A stretch of DNA of 64,000 nt from Podarcis liolepis (taxonomy: Eukaryota): the NCBI GenBank assembly GCA_965112155.1, contig OZ218113.1; one strand, written 5' to 3'. The notes under the pieces are model-generated. The model was not told the origin of the DNA. It made no database searches and worked only from the letters and a program-made list of their open reading frames with translations. Below, piece by piece: positions 26,560-39,486 of the stretch. The stretch's first letter is position 1; every line of letters begins with the position of its first letter. Both the position numbers and the translations under genes were made by a program.

Positions 26560-27200
26560 GGCACTTAAAAAAAGAAAGTGAGTCTTCCAACCAAAATTAT
26601 ACAAATACCACATGAACACAAAAACCAGATTAGCATAATAACACAAATAATTAAAACAGCAACAACAAGCAGTTAACCACTGCTGTATCATTCACTACAA
26701 ATCTCTAACAAAGTAGTTTCACTTATGCAGTATACAAAGAATACAAAATTATATGTTATTTTGATTCCTTTGGCATTGTTTGCAATATAAAAAAAAAATC
26801 AACGTGGCTTTAATGCACTCCCAACAATGAGTATCAAATTATATATTCCTGAACCTTATTCACTTAATAGATAACAAAAGTGATTAATTTTTCAGCCAAT
26901 TTATCATAATGCTGTCTGCCTTCTCTTGATGGTTTGGTTGACCATACAAACTATACCCCATGCTTTATTTAACCAACCAATATTGGAAGCCAGGAATTCT
27001 TCAAATTATAAGCAAATGTTATATAAGCAGCATTCAGCAAAAGAAGAACCATCTCTTGTTGTTTGTTAAAGTTGAATCTTTAACATAACCCAGCAGGAGG
27101 GATTAATGGATCCACTGATAAAGAACAGCTTGTTACACTTTCTTTTTCTGTTACTACATCAAGCCAAAAGTGCCTTAGGACAAGACCATGGCATTTCTAA
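26560..27200 (-). mobile_element. Probable degenerate L1 ORF2 C-terminus/3' UTR fragment
   Basis: Minus strand reads LLLLNAAYITFAYNLKNSWLPILVGWLNKAW, resembling the L1 ORF2 end (AA..IA..WK....P....W); boundaries approximate. Confidence 0.4.
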
Positions 27201-27532
27201 TACTGAAGGCCGACTCAAAGTGTCATAGATCTGAGGAGGTTAACTAAAAGACAAAAGATACAAACCTGTTACCAGTTAATATCATGAATAGGAATGGCTG
27301 AGAATAAGATACATAGGCTTCCTAAGTAGCTTTGGCCAGTGTTGGCCATCTTGGAATTTTCATGTCTGGCTGTGTTCAGTCATTCAAAGCCAGATCAAAA
27401 TGCCAAGCCTAGTATCTCTAACATTTCATGGGCAAAGAATGAGATTTTGTCCTGCTTTGGAGGACCTTGTTCATAACTCTGTGGCTGGGTGTTCTTTGTG
27501 TTCTGAAGTGGTTTCTCCCCCGCACCCCCTAG

Positions 27533-27643
<111 letters not shown>

Positions 27644-28682
27644 TGAGGAGTTTGGGGCCTGCCTCTTCTCCCCGCCCCCCCCCCATCTTCCAGTCCATCC
27701 TGCATCTGTCTGCTTGGTAATCCCAAGAGACCAGGCATAGGTGAGACCCACTATGTGGCTGTAACACACTGAGGTGAAGATGCTTCATAGCCTCAAGAAG
27801 AGCAAATGTTTAGCTCCTGTATTGTGTGGCCACAATGTGCCAAATATTAAACTTCTGTTGGTTTGTGTGTAATTAGAAGCTGTATTAAAAAGGAGTCTCC
27901 CATGCTGGTACTCAGCCATACCTGCCTAATTGACTGTTACCAGATTTGTTTTAGTACCAAGATACAGAATGAGTAGCTGACCTTTGATGTTGAGTTTCGA
28001 TACTCTACCAAAAAGAATCTGTGAGCTTTTTTCAAGCAGAGCTTAATGAGAACAACCATTAGTTGACCACCACATTCCCACACCTCAGGGGGTAGCAGCA
28101 GAGTTTCCAGGCAGTCTTGACCTGCTTTTTAATAAATTAAGCACTTATAAGATCTTCCCTCCCTTGTATGCATTGCTCCTTAATGCTTAGCTTTGAAGAT
28201 GAGTCTTTGAGAACTAACTTTCTGAGCTACCTTCATGAAATATGTACGCTTTAAAGCTGAACTGTTGAGAGCTGCATTCTTATCAAGTTTGCAAGCTAAG
28301 CAGTGTTGCTCTGGACCAGTTACTGGAAGAAGAGTTTGAGTAATGCAGAGGTTCTGCAGAGGTTTTTTTTTTTTTCTGGCATTGTGCTGCAGAGCTACTA
28401 TTTCCCCCTCCCATTTGGTGTAGGTTTATGGACTTGTTGAACACACTGTGGTACTTGGGTTCAGCTATATATGGCGTGGTGTTCTGACAAATCTGCTACC
28501 ATCATGTTCTGTGGTTGGGATGCTAAATTGTGGGGAGAATTGCCTTAGGATTTTCAGTGTGTGTTTCACTCTCCCAGCCTCATTACTCATCATGCACTGT
28601 GTCTCAAGAACTCTGCTTGTGCCTGTCCTAGTCAATTGATAGGTGGCCTTTCTAATAAGTAAATGGTACCTCTTTTTCACAG

Positions 28683-28742
28683 CAGCCAAATATTAAGCAG
28701 AAGTTTGTGGCTTTACTGAAGCGGTTCAAGGTATCGGATGAG
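28683..28742 (+). CDS. PACS1: PACS1 exon 8 (60 nt; [20 protein letters not shown])
   Basis: ttcacag| and |gtaggt; CAGCAG tandem acceptor. Confidence 0.95.
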
Positions 28743-28884
28743 GTAGGTATGACAACATTTATGGTCTAGATTCCTGTAAGTGTGGTTCCTGGTTATTTTG
28801 CAAAAAAACCGTGGTAATAAGTGTGTATTCCATGATGACAATTTCCACATGAAATGTAGCTGGCAATGTTTGGTCTAAAGAGAA

Positions 28885-29048
28885 GGGCTGAAGTTCAGTG
28901 GTAGAGCACATGCTTTGCTTGGAAATGATCCCAGTTTCAATCCTTGGCGTCTGGTAGGGCTGAGAAAAGACCCATGGAAGCCAGTCAGTGTAGACAATAC
29001 TGGCTAGATGGATTACTTTGGAAGTATAAGGCAGCTTCCAAAGTTCCT
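28885..29048 (+). mobile_element. Old tRNA-derived SINE
   Basis: gttcagtggtagagca A box, tttcaatcc B box-like, aaggcagcttcc end. Confidence 0.7.
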
Positions 29049-29532
29049 AAGCAGATTTATGAGGGTAGTTTTGGAATTATTGGCACGGCCTGGAGAAAAC
29101 AGGAGGAACCCTGCTTACATCACAGCAGCAGGAGCTCCTTTTACCTCTGGAAAGTATGGTTCAGGTGTCTGCATGTGTGGGTACAATCAGAAGATGATTT
29201 GCCTTGCTGCTTTTGTCTTGCATTTTCATTATAAGATGTGTCTGTCACTTACCTATTTAAGAATACAAAGCAATATAGTTTTGTTTGTGTGATCTGAAGG
29301 AAGACGCAAGATTTCAGGTGAAACTGTTTGGCTGACTGATGCTTGCTTGGCAATGCCCCAGTTTCAAATACCACACATTTGCATCACTATGCAGAAAGAA
29401 GATACAGCATAGAACTTAACAGAAAGTTGCCCCTCTGAGAAGCAAATAATTCTGGGTCTGTCTGAAAGAATAGGAAGCAGTGTATTTGGAACATAGGAGC
29501 TTTGAGCACCCTGGTAACTATGTCTTTTTTAA

Positions 29533-29697
<165 letters not shown>

Positions 29698-29705
29698 TAA
29701 GTGTG

Positions 29706-29847
29706 NNNNNNNNNNNNNNNNNNNNNNNNNNNNNNNNNNNNNNNNNNNNNNNNNNNNNNNNNNNNNNNNNNNNNNNNNNNNNNNNNNNNNNNNNNNNNNN
29801 NNNNNNNNNNNNNNNNNNNNNNNNNNNNNNNNNNNNNNNNNNNNNNN
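29706..29847. other. Assembly gap (142 N)
   Basis: Run of N starting 10 nt after the end of exon 9, just after the donor and gtgtg. Confidence 0.99.
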
Positions 29848-30544
29848 TGCGAGATATAAAATTGCTGATACGCTGTTCTTCCACAAAACTCTGAAGCCTG
29901 AGTGACTATGCTTAAGTTTTGTTTTCTTTCAACATCAAAAAGATTTCTATTTTTGACTGAATGAGGCGACAGAATGCATCACTATGCATAAAGATGATAC
30001 AGGGTTGCTGTCAGCTGTTAAAATTTTAGGGCTCTTTAACCAAATATCAGCCCTTGGGAAAGTGTTGTCTGACTTCTATGGTTTGATTCTGGAACCTTTT
30101 GTCAATAATGCCCACTGTTGTTAAAGCTTTCCCCTGCCACCTTGAGACCCAGCAACTTTAAAATACAAAGCCCCAAGATTTTCATAAAGCTGAATTATGT
30201 GGAAAATATATGTGCATGCTGTGTGATATGCTTGTTGACATGCATGACATATATTCAGACTTGTCCACTTTTAGGGGTGGATTATTTTCAAGCACTCCTG
30301 TTTCTCTCTTAAATTCCATTCCCTGTCATATTTGGATGGCTGCATGAAATGTGCAGAACCTTGTTCTGTAGTTCTAAGCATGCAATAGGAAAAAGAAAAG
30401 TGAAGTTTGTGCATAATTGAGGCAGGGAGGGGGAGAGTTCTTCCTCTGGCCTCCATTCTAAGGAAGCACATTCTCTTCCAACAGGATTCTTCCACTGTAG
30501 CTGCCAACCCACTCAGCTCCCTGTGCAGTCATTCTGTTCCATAG

Positions 30545-30546
<2 letters not shown>

Positions 30547-30606
<60 letters not shown>

Positions 30607-30622
30607 CTGTCTGTCTGTGTGT
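30547..30622. repeat. Compound (CT)n(GT)n microsatellite
   Basis: Directly visible. Confidence 0.95.
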
Positions 30623-30962
30623 ATGTTGAAGGGTGGACCTTGCACCCCTCCCTGATTTTGGGATTTGTATTTCTCCTGTTTCCTTTCCTTTTACAGAATC
30701 ATATTAGTGATTATCTTTTAAACTGAAGCTTAATCTTTGTGGTTGGATTATGTTACAGTTCTGTCAAAAAACAATTGATCCCAACTTCAGCATGCGTGGC
30801 TTGCCTGTGAGCCATTCTGATTTCCTATTTTTCCTACCCAGATAATTGAAGCCAGTCAAAGCTTTCTCCCTATGTCTCTACCTCCTATCCACTTGAACTG
30901 AATACTTAAGAAGTCAGCTAAATAAAATAATAAAAAATTGCTGATTTTTAAAAAGATATTTA

Positions 30963-31307
30963 CAGTGGTGCCCCGCAAGACGAATGCCTCGCAAGACGGA
31001 AAACCCGCTAGATGAAAGGGTTTTCCGTTTTTGAGCTGCTTCGCAAGACGAATTTCCCTATGGGCTTGCTTCGCAAGACGAAAACGTCTTGCGAGTGTTC
31101 TGATTTTTCCCCGCTTCCCCCCCTTTTTCTAAGCCGCTAAGCTGCTCATAGCCTTTTAGCCGCTAAGCCTTTAATAGCCGCTAATCCGCTAAACCGCTAA
31201 TAGCGCTAATCCGCTAATCCGCTAATAGGGTTGCTTCGCAAAACGAAAAAACCGCTAGACGAAGAGACTCGCGGAACGGATTATTTTCGTCTTGCGAGGC
31301 ACCACTG
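30963..31307. mobile_element. Tigger/pogo-like MITE with internal CCGCTAA array
   Basis: TA|cagtggtgccccgcaagacg ... cgtcttgcgaggcaccactg|TA. Confidence 0.9.
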
Positions 31308-32692
31308 TAATTTCATTTTGTTATTATACACACACGTGTGTAGCTAAAGTCAGCTAAATGTCAGTCAGGCTTACAGAACATTTTTCTTTGGGATGTGGAT
31401 GATGAAAGAGAAGGAACAGCTGCTTTTTGCTAGGTTGGGAAGGCATGCCATTTGGGTCTAGAGGCCACATTGCCACTATTTAATTGTAGCTAGGGGACCA
31501 GGCAGAAAACAAAAAGTGAAAAGAAACACAACCATATCTACTGCACACTTGTATTAGCTATTTATATCTTGCTCCTTTTCAACCAAGGATGGTTTGTTAC
31601 ATTAGAAAGCAGTTTTTGTTTACTAGGCAGCAAGCGCAATAAAAGCAAAATACATAATGATGTGACACAAATGTAATACAGATAAGTTGATTATTATTAT
31701 TTAAAACAAACAAACAAACAAACACCTAGCAGAAAGATAAAACTTGATCAGGAAAGTTGATTCCTACAAACTAATAAAGTCCCAAATGTCTTGTGGAATA
31801 GGATAGCGAAAAATGAATCTGAAAGGGAGTGGCATTTCTAAACCACCCATGCCACTCTTTAGAAGGTCCTTGGTAACCCCTACCATGAACACCCCACCAA
31901 ATTTCAGTATAGCAGAACAGGAGCTCCCAATGGAGAGGTTAAAACGCATGCAAGTTACTATGGAGCAAGTCTGGACCAGCACCAGCAGAAGTACAGTTAC
32001 AGCTCCTTGTTTAGCTGGCAGAGTTCCTTTCTGTTGGAGACAGGAAAATGAAGCTTGAGACTCAAAAGTAGATTGGGGCAGGTTTGGGTTGTTGTTGTGT
32101 TGTTTTTGCCTTGTACCTGGTCACAGTAGAAAGCAGCAATAGCCAAAGCAACTTTCTCATGGGTTGTCTGGTGAAAATGATCTCACGGCTGAAAAGGATT
32201 CAGTTTCTCCCTAGTAACAAGACAGCTTCTGTCCTTTTCCTGAAGCCATGGTCCCTCCCATCTCCAGGTTTTTTCCTTAGGAAACCCCCTCCTGTTCTTC
32301 AGAAGTCTTAGTTCATGGTAGATGAGTCTTCCTGAGTTGGATTATAACAAACAAACAACCCAACAGGGAAGGATCAAGGTGAAAGTTGTCATGCACAGTG
32401 TGGACCTGATTTACCTGAAGGTTCCTATGCCTGTATTAAGGCATCAGAGCTGTAGTTTGTCCCAAATAGCTTATTTTCTCTTCCTTGGCTCCCCATTTTA
32501 TGTTTATTTGCCACCCTGAGAGAATCGGAACTCTGAAACAAGAGTTTGGAGTTGTCATCAGCTATAAAGAAATGAAACAGTGGGGTGAGGAGTTAAAATT
32601 TGGCAGAGGCTTCCTGCAGTAGTATTTTTCCCAGTGCACTATTTGAGAAGTCAAATTTCAGCCCTTTGGAGGGAGTAAACAATATTGTAGAA

Positions 32693-32902
32693 CAGGAGTG
32701 AGGAACCTCAAGCCTGAGGGTTGAATGCAACCCTCCAGGCCTCTCTGTCACTCTCTGTGCCACATCTCTCACTGTCCCTGCTCCACAGCCTCTTCAAACA
32801 TGTTTGCCTGGTTGGAATTTGCTCTTGAACTATGATAATGCTTCTTCCTTTCATGAATGGAGACCAGAGAGAGGTATGTATAAAAAGGGTTTCCCATCCC
32901 TG
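32693..32902. mobile_element. hAT MITE
   Basis: caggagtggaggaacc ... ggtttcccatccctg; 8-bp TSD ttgtagaa/ttgtagat. Confidence 0.8.
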
Positions 32903-32966
32903 TTGTAGATCATCTATAAAAGAAAGCCATGGTTTGTTCTGCCATTAATGCAGGTGGAAGTTCTAA

Positions 32967-33263
<297 letters not shown>

Positions 33264-34077
33264 TAATTAATTTAGAAGGAAACCAATCTCAGCCTTTTAC
33301 AAGAAGTATTACCATAATCTACTGGTTGTGTCCATGTGGAAACAATGTTTTTCAGAACCACTGTTGTGAACTGATTGCTGTGTCCTGTCTCAAATGAATG
33401 AGATTGGTCTGTCTTCTGTCTACATGCTGCTTGCAAAGCTAAGATGAACCCCAATCTGCCTCTAGCTGTGTGTGCATTTGCATGCACACACTTGTATTCC
33501 AATGAAGGGGTGTGTGTGTAGAAGGGATCAAATTGGCCAGGTGTAACAGTTCCTGTGATTTATATTCATATTTATTATTTTTAATATTTAAAAGGGGATG
33601 GGGCAGCAGGGCAATTTGGAAGCAGTTCTTTAGGTGCTGTTAATCCTGCAATTAAAGTTTAGTAACAAAGAAAATGGGAAAACTTGCCCCAGCACTGAAG
33701 GCTCTTCTCATAGAAAACTCCCCTCTAGAGCATGGCTTGTGATCAGTGGTGATGGGTGTTGTAGTTCAACAACTACTGCAGGGCCACATGACACCTCAAA
33801 ACTCTTTGCCTTTCCTCTTCTTCTGACTCCAACACAAGTTCCCTTCCTGAAGGACTAGAAACCTCTGTTTGGAAACTGGGTTTCTCAGGGATTTGAAGGG
33901 TGATTTACCTTCGATGCTAAGGAGCAATTGTTGTCATTTCCAAGGAAGTAAAAAGGTCCTAGTTTTATAATCTGCATAAACAACAAATCACCTAGTGATT
34001 GTAAATATGATCCTTCTGAATCACAGCTTGCTTTTTTCATTTTTCCCTATTTCTCTCCAATGCTGTTTTTTATCCAG

Positions 34078-34158
34078 ATGGAAGCATCCATGGGGGACAA
34101 ACTGAAACCTACCCGGAATAAAAACGCAGATGATAGTATCAACGAAGGAGACACACTG
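34078..34158 (+). CDS. PACS1: PACS1 exon 11 (81 nt; MEASMGDKLKPTRNKNADDSINEGDTL)
   Basis: atccag| and |gtaggt; diverged but alignable to human [27 protein letters not shown]. Confidence 0.9.
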
Positions 34159-34269
34159 GTAGGTACATTTGTCCTTTATACTATTGGTGAGGACATTTGC
34201 TAACAGCAGTAATCACCTACTTTTATGACTAATATTAATTCTGAATGCTCTTCCTCTTCCCTTCTCTAG

Positions 34270-34385
34270 GAAGGAAACGGTCAGGATACATTTGGAGACT
34301 CAACCACCACCTTGGTCATCCCAGAAAAAGTCAAGACACCTATGAAGACCAGCAAGGGAGATCTTCAGAGCATGGCATCACCTAG
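34270..34385 (+). CDS. PACS1: PACS1 exon 12 (116 nt; [38 protein letters not shown])
   Basis: ctctag| and weak |gtagta donor; PEKVKTPMK conserved. Confidence 0.92.
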
Positions 34386-34456
34386 GTAGTATGCATCAGG
34401 TTTTGCTTGCTTACATATTGCTATTCTGAAAATTGGTCAGAGCACTCTGTCAGCTA

Positions 34457-34590
34457 CAGCAAGTTTGGGGAACTTGTGGCTCTGCAGAAGTTGCTGGACT
34501 CCCATAAACTCCAGTCAGCATGGCCTGTGGTCAGGGATGATGGGAGTTTGTAGTCCAACAACATCTGTAGGGCCACAGATTCCTTCCTTC
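34457..34590. mobile_element. Palindromic hAT-type MITE
   Basis: gggatgatgggagtttgtagtccaacaacatctg core shared with the 12830 copy. Confidence 0.65.
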
Positions 34591-35210
34591 CTTTAGCAGC
34601 AGTATATCTGAAATTCCTGTGGCAGGGCAACTAGCAGCTTGTATTTTTGCCAAAGGGATAAAGATGAGGATAAAAAGGCCATTTCCTCCTCCCTGCAATT
34701 GAAGAGCATCTGCCATCTTTTCTTGGGAGGTTAGCATCAAATCAAAGAGATTTTTACTAAATTGTTCATGAGTAATTTACCTAGATTGCATACATACATG
34801 ATTTGTGTAACACAAGGGGGGGGGAGGTGTCCCTACCTCAATGAACTTTTAAGTCACAACAGCCAGGGACAATGGAAGATGCACTGAATGAAATATGAGC
34901 AAACTGCAGACACACATATTTAGGCTTCATTTCAATAGGAGCTGAGGACATGGGGTGTAAACCAAAGGCTGCACAGAAAAGGAGGGTTTTGAGGAGGGGT
35001 TGGCAAGAGGCATGGCTTACGTAGCCTTGTCAAGGCATAAAAGGAAGAAAGGGGTGAGTTGTATAAATGAGGAGGAAGCCCAGGGCAGGTCACAGGTGAG
35101 GGAAGGTATAACAAGGCATAAGGGCAGAGTTTATTTTCAGAATGCTTTCTATCGACACTGAGTAAACCATACCTGCCTCTCCCAAAATTGATTCATTCTG
35201 TGTTCTCCAG

Positions 35211-35240
35211 TGAATGCTTGCTACCGAACAATGGTGGTGG
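35211..35240 (+). CDS. PACS1: Candidate alternative 30-nt cassette microexon of PACS1 (adds ECLLPNNGGG)
   Basis: tgttctccag| acceptor, G|GTGAGC donor, length multiple of 3, no stop in the phase-2 frame set by exons 12/13. Confidence 0.5.
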
Positions 35241-36826
35241 GTGAGCATGGAAAGATTCACTGGGCTGGTTGCTGCTCAAGAACTTGCCCCCTGTTGTGCA
35301 TTTTGAATGTTCATGGAAATGTATCTATTTTTGGGGTGGGAGTGTGGAGGGTGACTCTAGCTGCCCATATGTCATGCATGGAGAATCTTTTCCCTCTCCC
35401 AAGAGCTGTGTTCCCTTAGTGGGTAAGGCAAACCCATGCAGCTTCCCACACACTTACACCCATCCCACCACACAGCCTCCCATTCATTTCACACTGTCCC
35501 TATTCCATTCCTCTTCTCCCACCTCCTTCCTCCCAGCATGGCAGTTATGCTTTAGAAGGAAGGCCTCACTTGTGCTAAGCCTAAATGTTGCACTGTGGGA
35601 GTGCTGCCAAGGAATGGAAACCATGGCCTAGATGCAAAAGAAGTGGGCCTTCACCACCCGTTGCTCCTCATGTCTTTCTCAGTTGAATTGTTCAGTTTTC
35701 TTGTGGCTAGTAGTGACTCTTCAATCACAAGAGTTCAGCACTCAGCTTCTGAGAGCAAACGCTGCAGCTTCAGCTAAATTCCTGTGACTCAGGCACCTGG
35801 GTAAGAATTTGACCCCCAAGTGCTCTGCTCTGTTAGAAGTCTTTGCTGTTTGGTTGTTACCTGAAATGTGCCACATTTGCCTTTCTCTGTGGTGCTTGGG
35901 GAGGCAGCAGATGACTGCTGCTTAAATGCAAAAGTGATACATTTCCAGGGCCCCTCCTGCTTCTCCCTTTGCAAAGCAGACGCTTAGTAACAGACATGCT
36001 TGGCAGCACTATATGTTTGTTTGCTCAGCTCCTCCTCTCTTTGTTTCCTTTTTTCCTTGTTCAGCAGTGGCGGCAGCTCTATGATCCACTTATTTCCAGA
36101 GGGCAGCAAATTCTCAGAATGAAGCACATGGTTTTGTCCTTCAGTTTGCACCTTTTGCTGAATGCCTCAGATGGCAGCAGAAGGTTGGGTGTGCCTTCGG
36201 GCTCCCTCAGGCTCATTACCATTCTGGGAAATGTCACTGGATAGAGGGGGGTTTCCTTGTAGCATCCAATTCAAGACTGAATCTACAGCTGTTTTTCTAC
36301 CTGCTTGCATTGTGATTCCTCTGAGAGTTGCTCTCTTTCTCCATATCATGAACTTGCAATAATTGATACCCAAGGTTGTGTGCATCCTTCTTTCTCGCCC
36401 ATTGCCACGAGGTTCCTTATGTTTCTTAACATTCACTTTACATAGCTGATATAGCCTTAAGGGTGTTATTTTTTCCCTGCAGTAATGAGGGCTAAAAACC
36501 AGGCAGTGTGTGTTGTTTTGGGGGGTTGTAAGATGTTAGATATTAGATGTCACACTATGGTAGTAAGCCTGCAGGCACCAACACAACCTTGCAAATAATT
36601 TATTGTCTCAACTTAGTGGAGCTAGAAAAAAAAATCCAAGGCTCTGTTTGCTGGCTGGCTTGCTTCCTCACAAGTATTAAATGTAAGATGGGATCAGTTA
36701 GTTCTGAGACTCTGCTAGTTTCTTTGCAATGACCTTGGATCAAAGTTTCTGTGTTCCCCTGCAGGTATAACATGGTTTGCATTCTTTTTTCCATGTTCAG
36801 TAAGTTTGGAGAAGATGAGGCATTAA

Positions 36827-37114
<288 letters not shown>

Positions 37115-37202
37115 TAGTTGCTGGAAGCTCATTTGAAGTACTGCAGTATCTTTCCAGTTGTTTGCAGTCAGCTCTAAAGAGATCCTGAATCAAGTAGGCA
37201 AA

Positions 37203-37425
37203 GTTGTTTGTTTGTTGCATTTACATCCCATTTTTCCTCCAAGGAGCTCCAAGGTGGCATACATGGTTCTCACCCATGCATGCGATCCTCACAAAAACCC
37301 TATGAGGTAGGTTAAGTTGAGAGACAGTGACTAATCCTAGGTCACGTTAGGGTGCTTCATGACTGATTTACGATTTGAACCCTGGTCCCCCACCTCCTAG
37401 TCTAGCATTCTAATCACCACACTGG
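37203..37425 (-). mobile_element. Squamate tRNA-derived SINE (Squam3/MIR-like)
   Basis: cctcacaaaaaccctatgaggtagg ... atttgaaccc (reverse B box). Confidence 0.7.
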
Positions 37426-37952
37426 AATTTTTGCTTCTAAATTTAAATCCAAGAAGGGAAGGAGATTGGCGCCAAATGGTTAGTAAAGGGTTAAGAGCAT
37501 TTGTTATGAGAGACACAAAACCTTTCCCCCCACTATCCCTCAGACTTGGAAGCTTGTCCAAAGTCCTCTTTTTATTTTCTGAGTTTTCTCCAGATACCAA
37601 CCACTTATGTTGAACTTTTTTTTTTTACAGCCACAAGGGCTACAAGTATTTTCCCCTTCACCTGCCCAATAAATATAGGCAGGAGGAATATGCATTTCTC
37701 AAATTATAGTGACCTGCTGAGGAGTAAATAAGTTGTGGGGGAGAATGTAATTTCCCATAGTATTAAAAGGTGATCTTAGAAGTATTGTCATACAGCAAGA
37801 ATAAGAGGAATGCTTTTCTTTCTCTCCCCATCCCCTCTCATGACATATGCCTTCCTTCTCCATGTTGGAGATAAGATTATTTTGCTTTATATTTGAGTTA
37901 GGAGTTATGTCAATGAACCATGCTTAAAAAACCATGCAACTTCCCCCAGCAG

Positions 37953-38057
37953 ATTCCTCGCAAGATTGTTTATGATCAGCTGAATCAAATCTTGGTGTCA
38001 GACTCAGCCCTGCCAGAAAACATCATCCTAGTGAATACTATTGACTGGCAAGGCCAG
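37953..38057 (+). CDS. PACS1: PACS1 exon 14 (105 nt; [35 protein letters not shown]); alternative start 37950
   Basis: cccagcag| tandem acceptor and |gtaagg. Confidence 0.95.
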
Positions 38058-39379
38058 GTAAGGAGGTGGTTGCTGTCCGTGTGTCTTTCCGTGTGTCTGT
38101 CCTGTTCTTTGCACCATCCCAATCTCTGGCCAACAGAATTAAGTAAATTGGAAAAAAGAATGTGTGCTGTTGTCCCTAACTGGTTCCATTTTCTGAGTGC
38201 AGAATGTAGCTTTGCCTGTAGAAACCTAGACTTACTCCCCAAATATTAAGGAATGCAAAGTATTGTCATCATTATTATTTAATAATAATAATAATAATAA
38301 AACAATAGTAATACCCTTATGCACCATTGGTAAATGTAACAATTTACATAATAACATAAAAAATAGGTAGGTCCCTACCCCATGAAGCTTCCAATGCAAA
38401 TGTTTAACAGTACTAAGATAATGGGTGGGGATGTCCTATTATTACTAGTTAAGAAAGGTAATTTCCCCAGCCATCAGAACCAGATCCTGCAATTCAGTCC
38501 CAGCAGAATAAATTATTCACTTTAAGCACATTTTTTCATTGTTGTTTGATTTATTTGGTAAACTTAATTTAGCATTATTGGCAATCAGAAGTGGTTGTGC
38601 TTAATCTGTGTCACTGAAGCTAAGCTACATGGAAAATTAAGCACCAAGCGGACTGTGCAATACTGGCAAGAGGATAAGCAGTAGGAATGAAGAGCCATGA
38701 AGAAATTTTGCCCCTTCAACTGGCCATTAAAATTCATCCCAAGCCCTGTCTCATGTCAATATGTAGAGAAAATCTATCTTAACTATATCATTGAGGCCGT
38801 TTGGTTAGAAGCCAGGTGTCTTATATAGAATGAAAGTTAGCATATTCAGAATTTGATAGCTAACCCAGATTCTTCACTGAATGCCATGCAGTCACTGAAT
38901 GTTTCTGCCAATGGGAAAAGGGGAAGGGTACATTGGGGCTAGTGAGAGGCCATGCCTGGGTTGATTATCTTGGGATTCTGCTTTGTCCTGTTGAACCCTC
39001 CTTCATATAAGCCAGGACCTTAAATGACTGGAACAAGATCCTCCAAAAGGAGGGAATCATCTTAAAACAAATGGGTCTGTCACACAATATTTCATACCCA
39101 TTGTTGTCCCATTGCACCTTGATTGCTTTCCCCCACTCGTACCTACTAGGGCAGCAATAAGATGAGTTTCAGATTTCCATCACCTGAGTCGTAACTGTGT
39201 CTTGTTAAGCTTGTATCCAGGGTGCTGAATGGTGCTCTGTTACCAAACCTTTTGTCTGAGGTCATGTGGCCAGTGATTGCTAATCAGGGAAGAAGGGGTG
39301 TTGTGTGGCAGTTGTGTAAACAGAGCACCAAATCCCTCCACTGCTTGCTTGCTTTGCTTACTACTTGTTTTACTTCCAG

Positions 39380-39486
39380 TATGTAGCTGATCTCCTTCAG
39401 GACCAGAAGAAGCCAGTTGTTTGCACATGCTCCACAATTGAAGTGCAAGCTGTCCTCTCTGCAATCCTCACGAGGATCCAGCGATA
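39380..39486 (+). CDS. PACS1: PACS1 exon 15 (107 nt; [35 protein letters not shown])
   Basis: ttccag| and |gtgagt. Confidence 0.96.

Noticed and set aside
28885-28945. tRNA-like A/B box sequences (also ~22765, 50470-50535, 58892-58965, 60985)
   Set aside because: They are SINE heads continuing into SINE bodies; no complete cloverleaf
29706-29847. Possible missing exon in the N gap
   Set aside because: Exons 9 and 10 join in frame (KPKL-K-PFF) exactly as in known PACS1; the gap probably reflects a GT microsatellite
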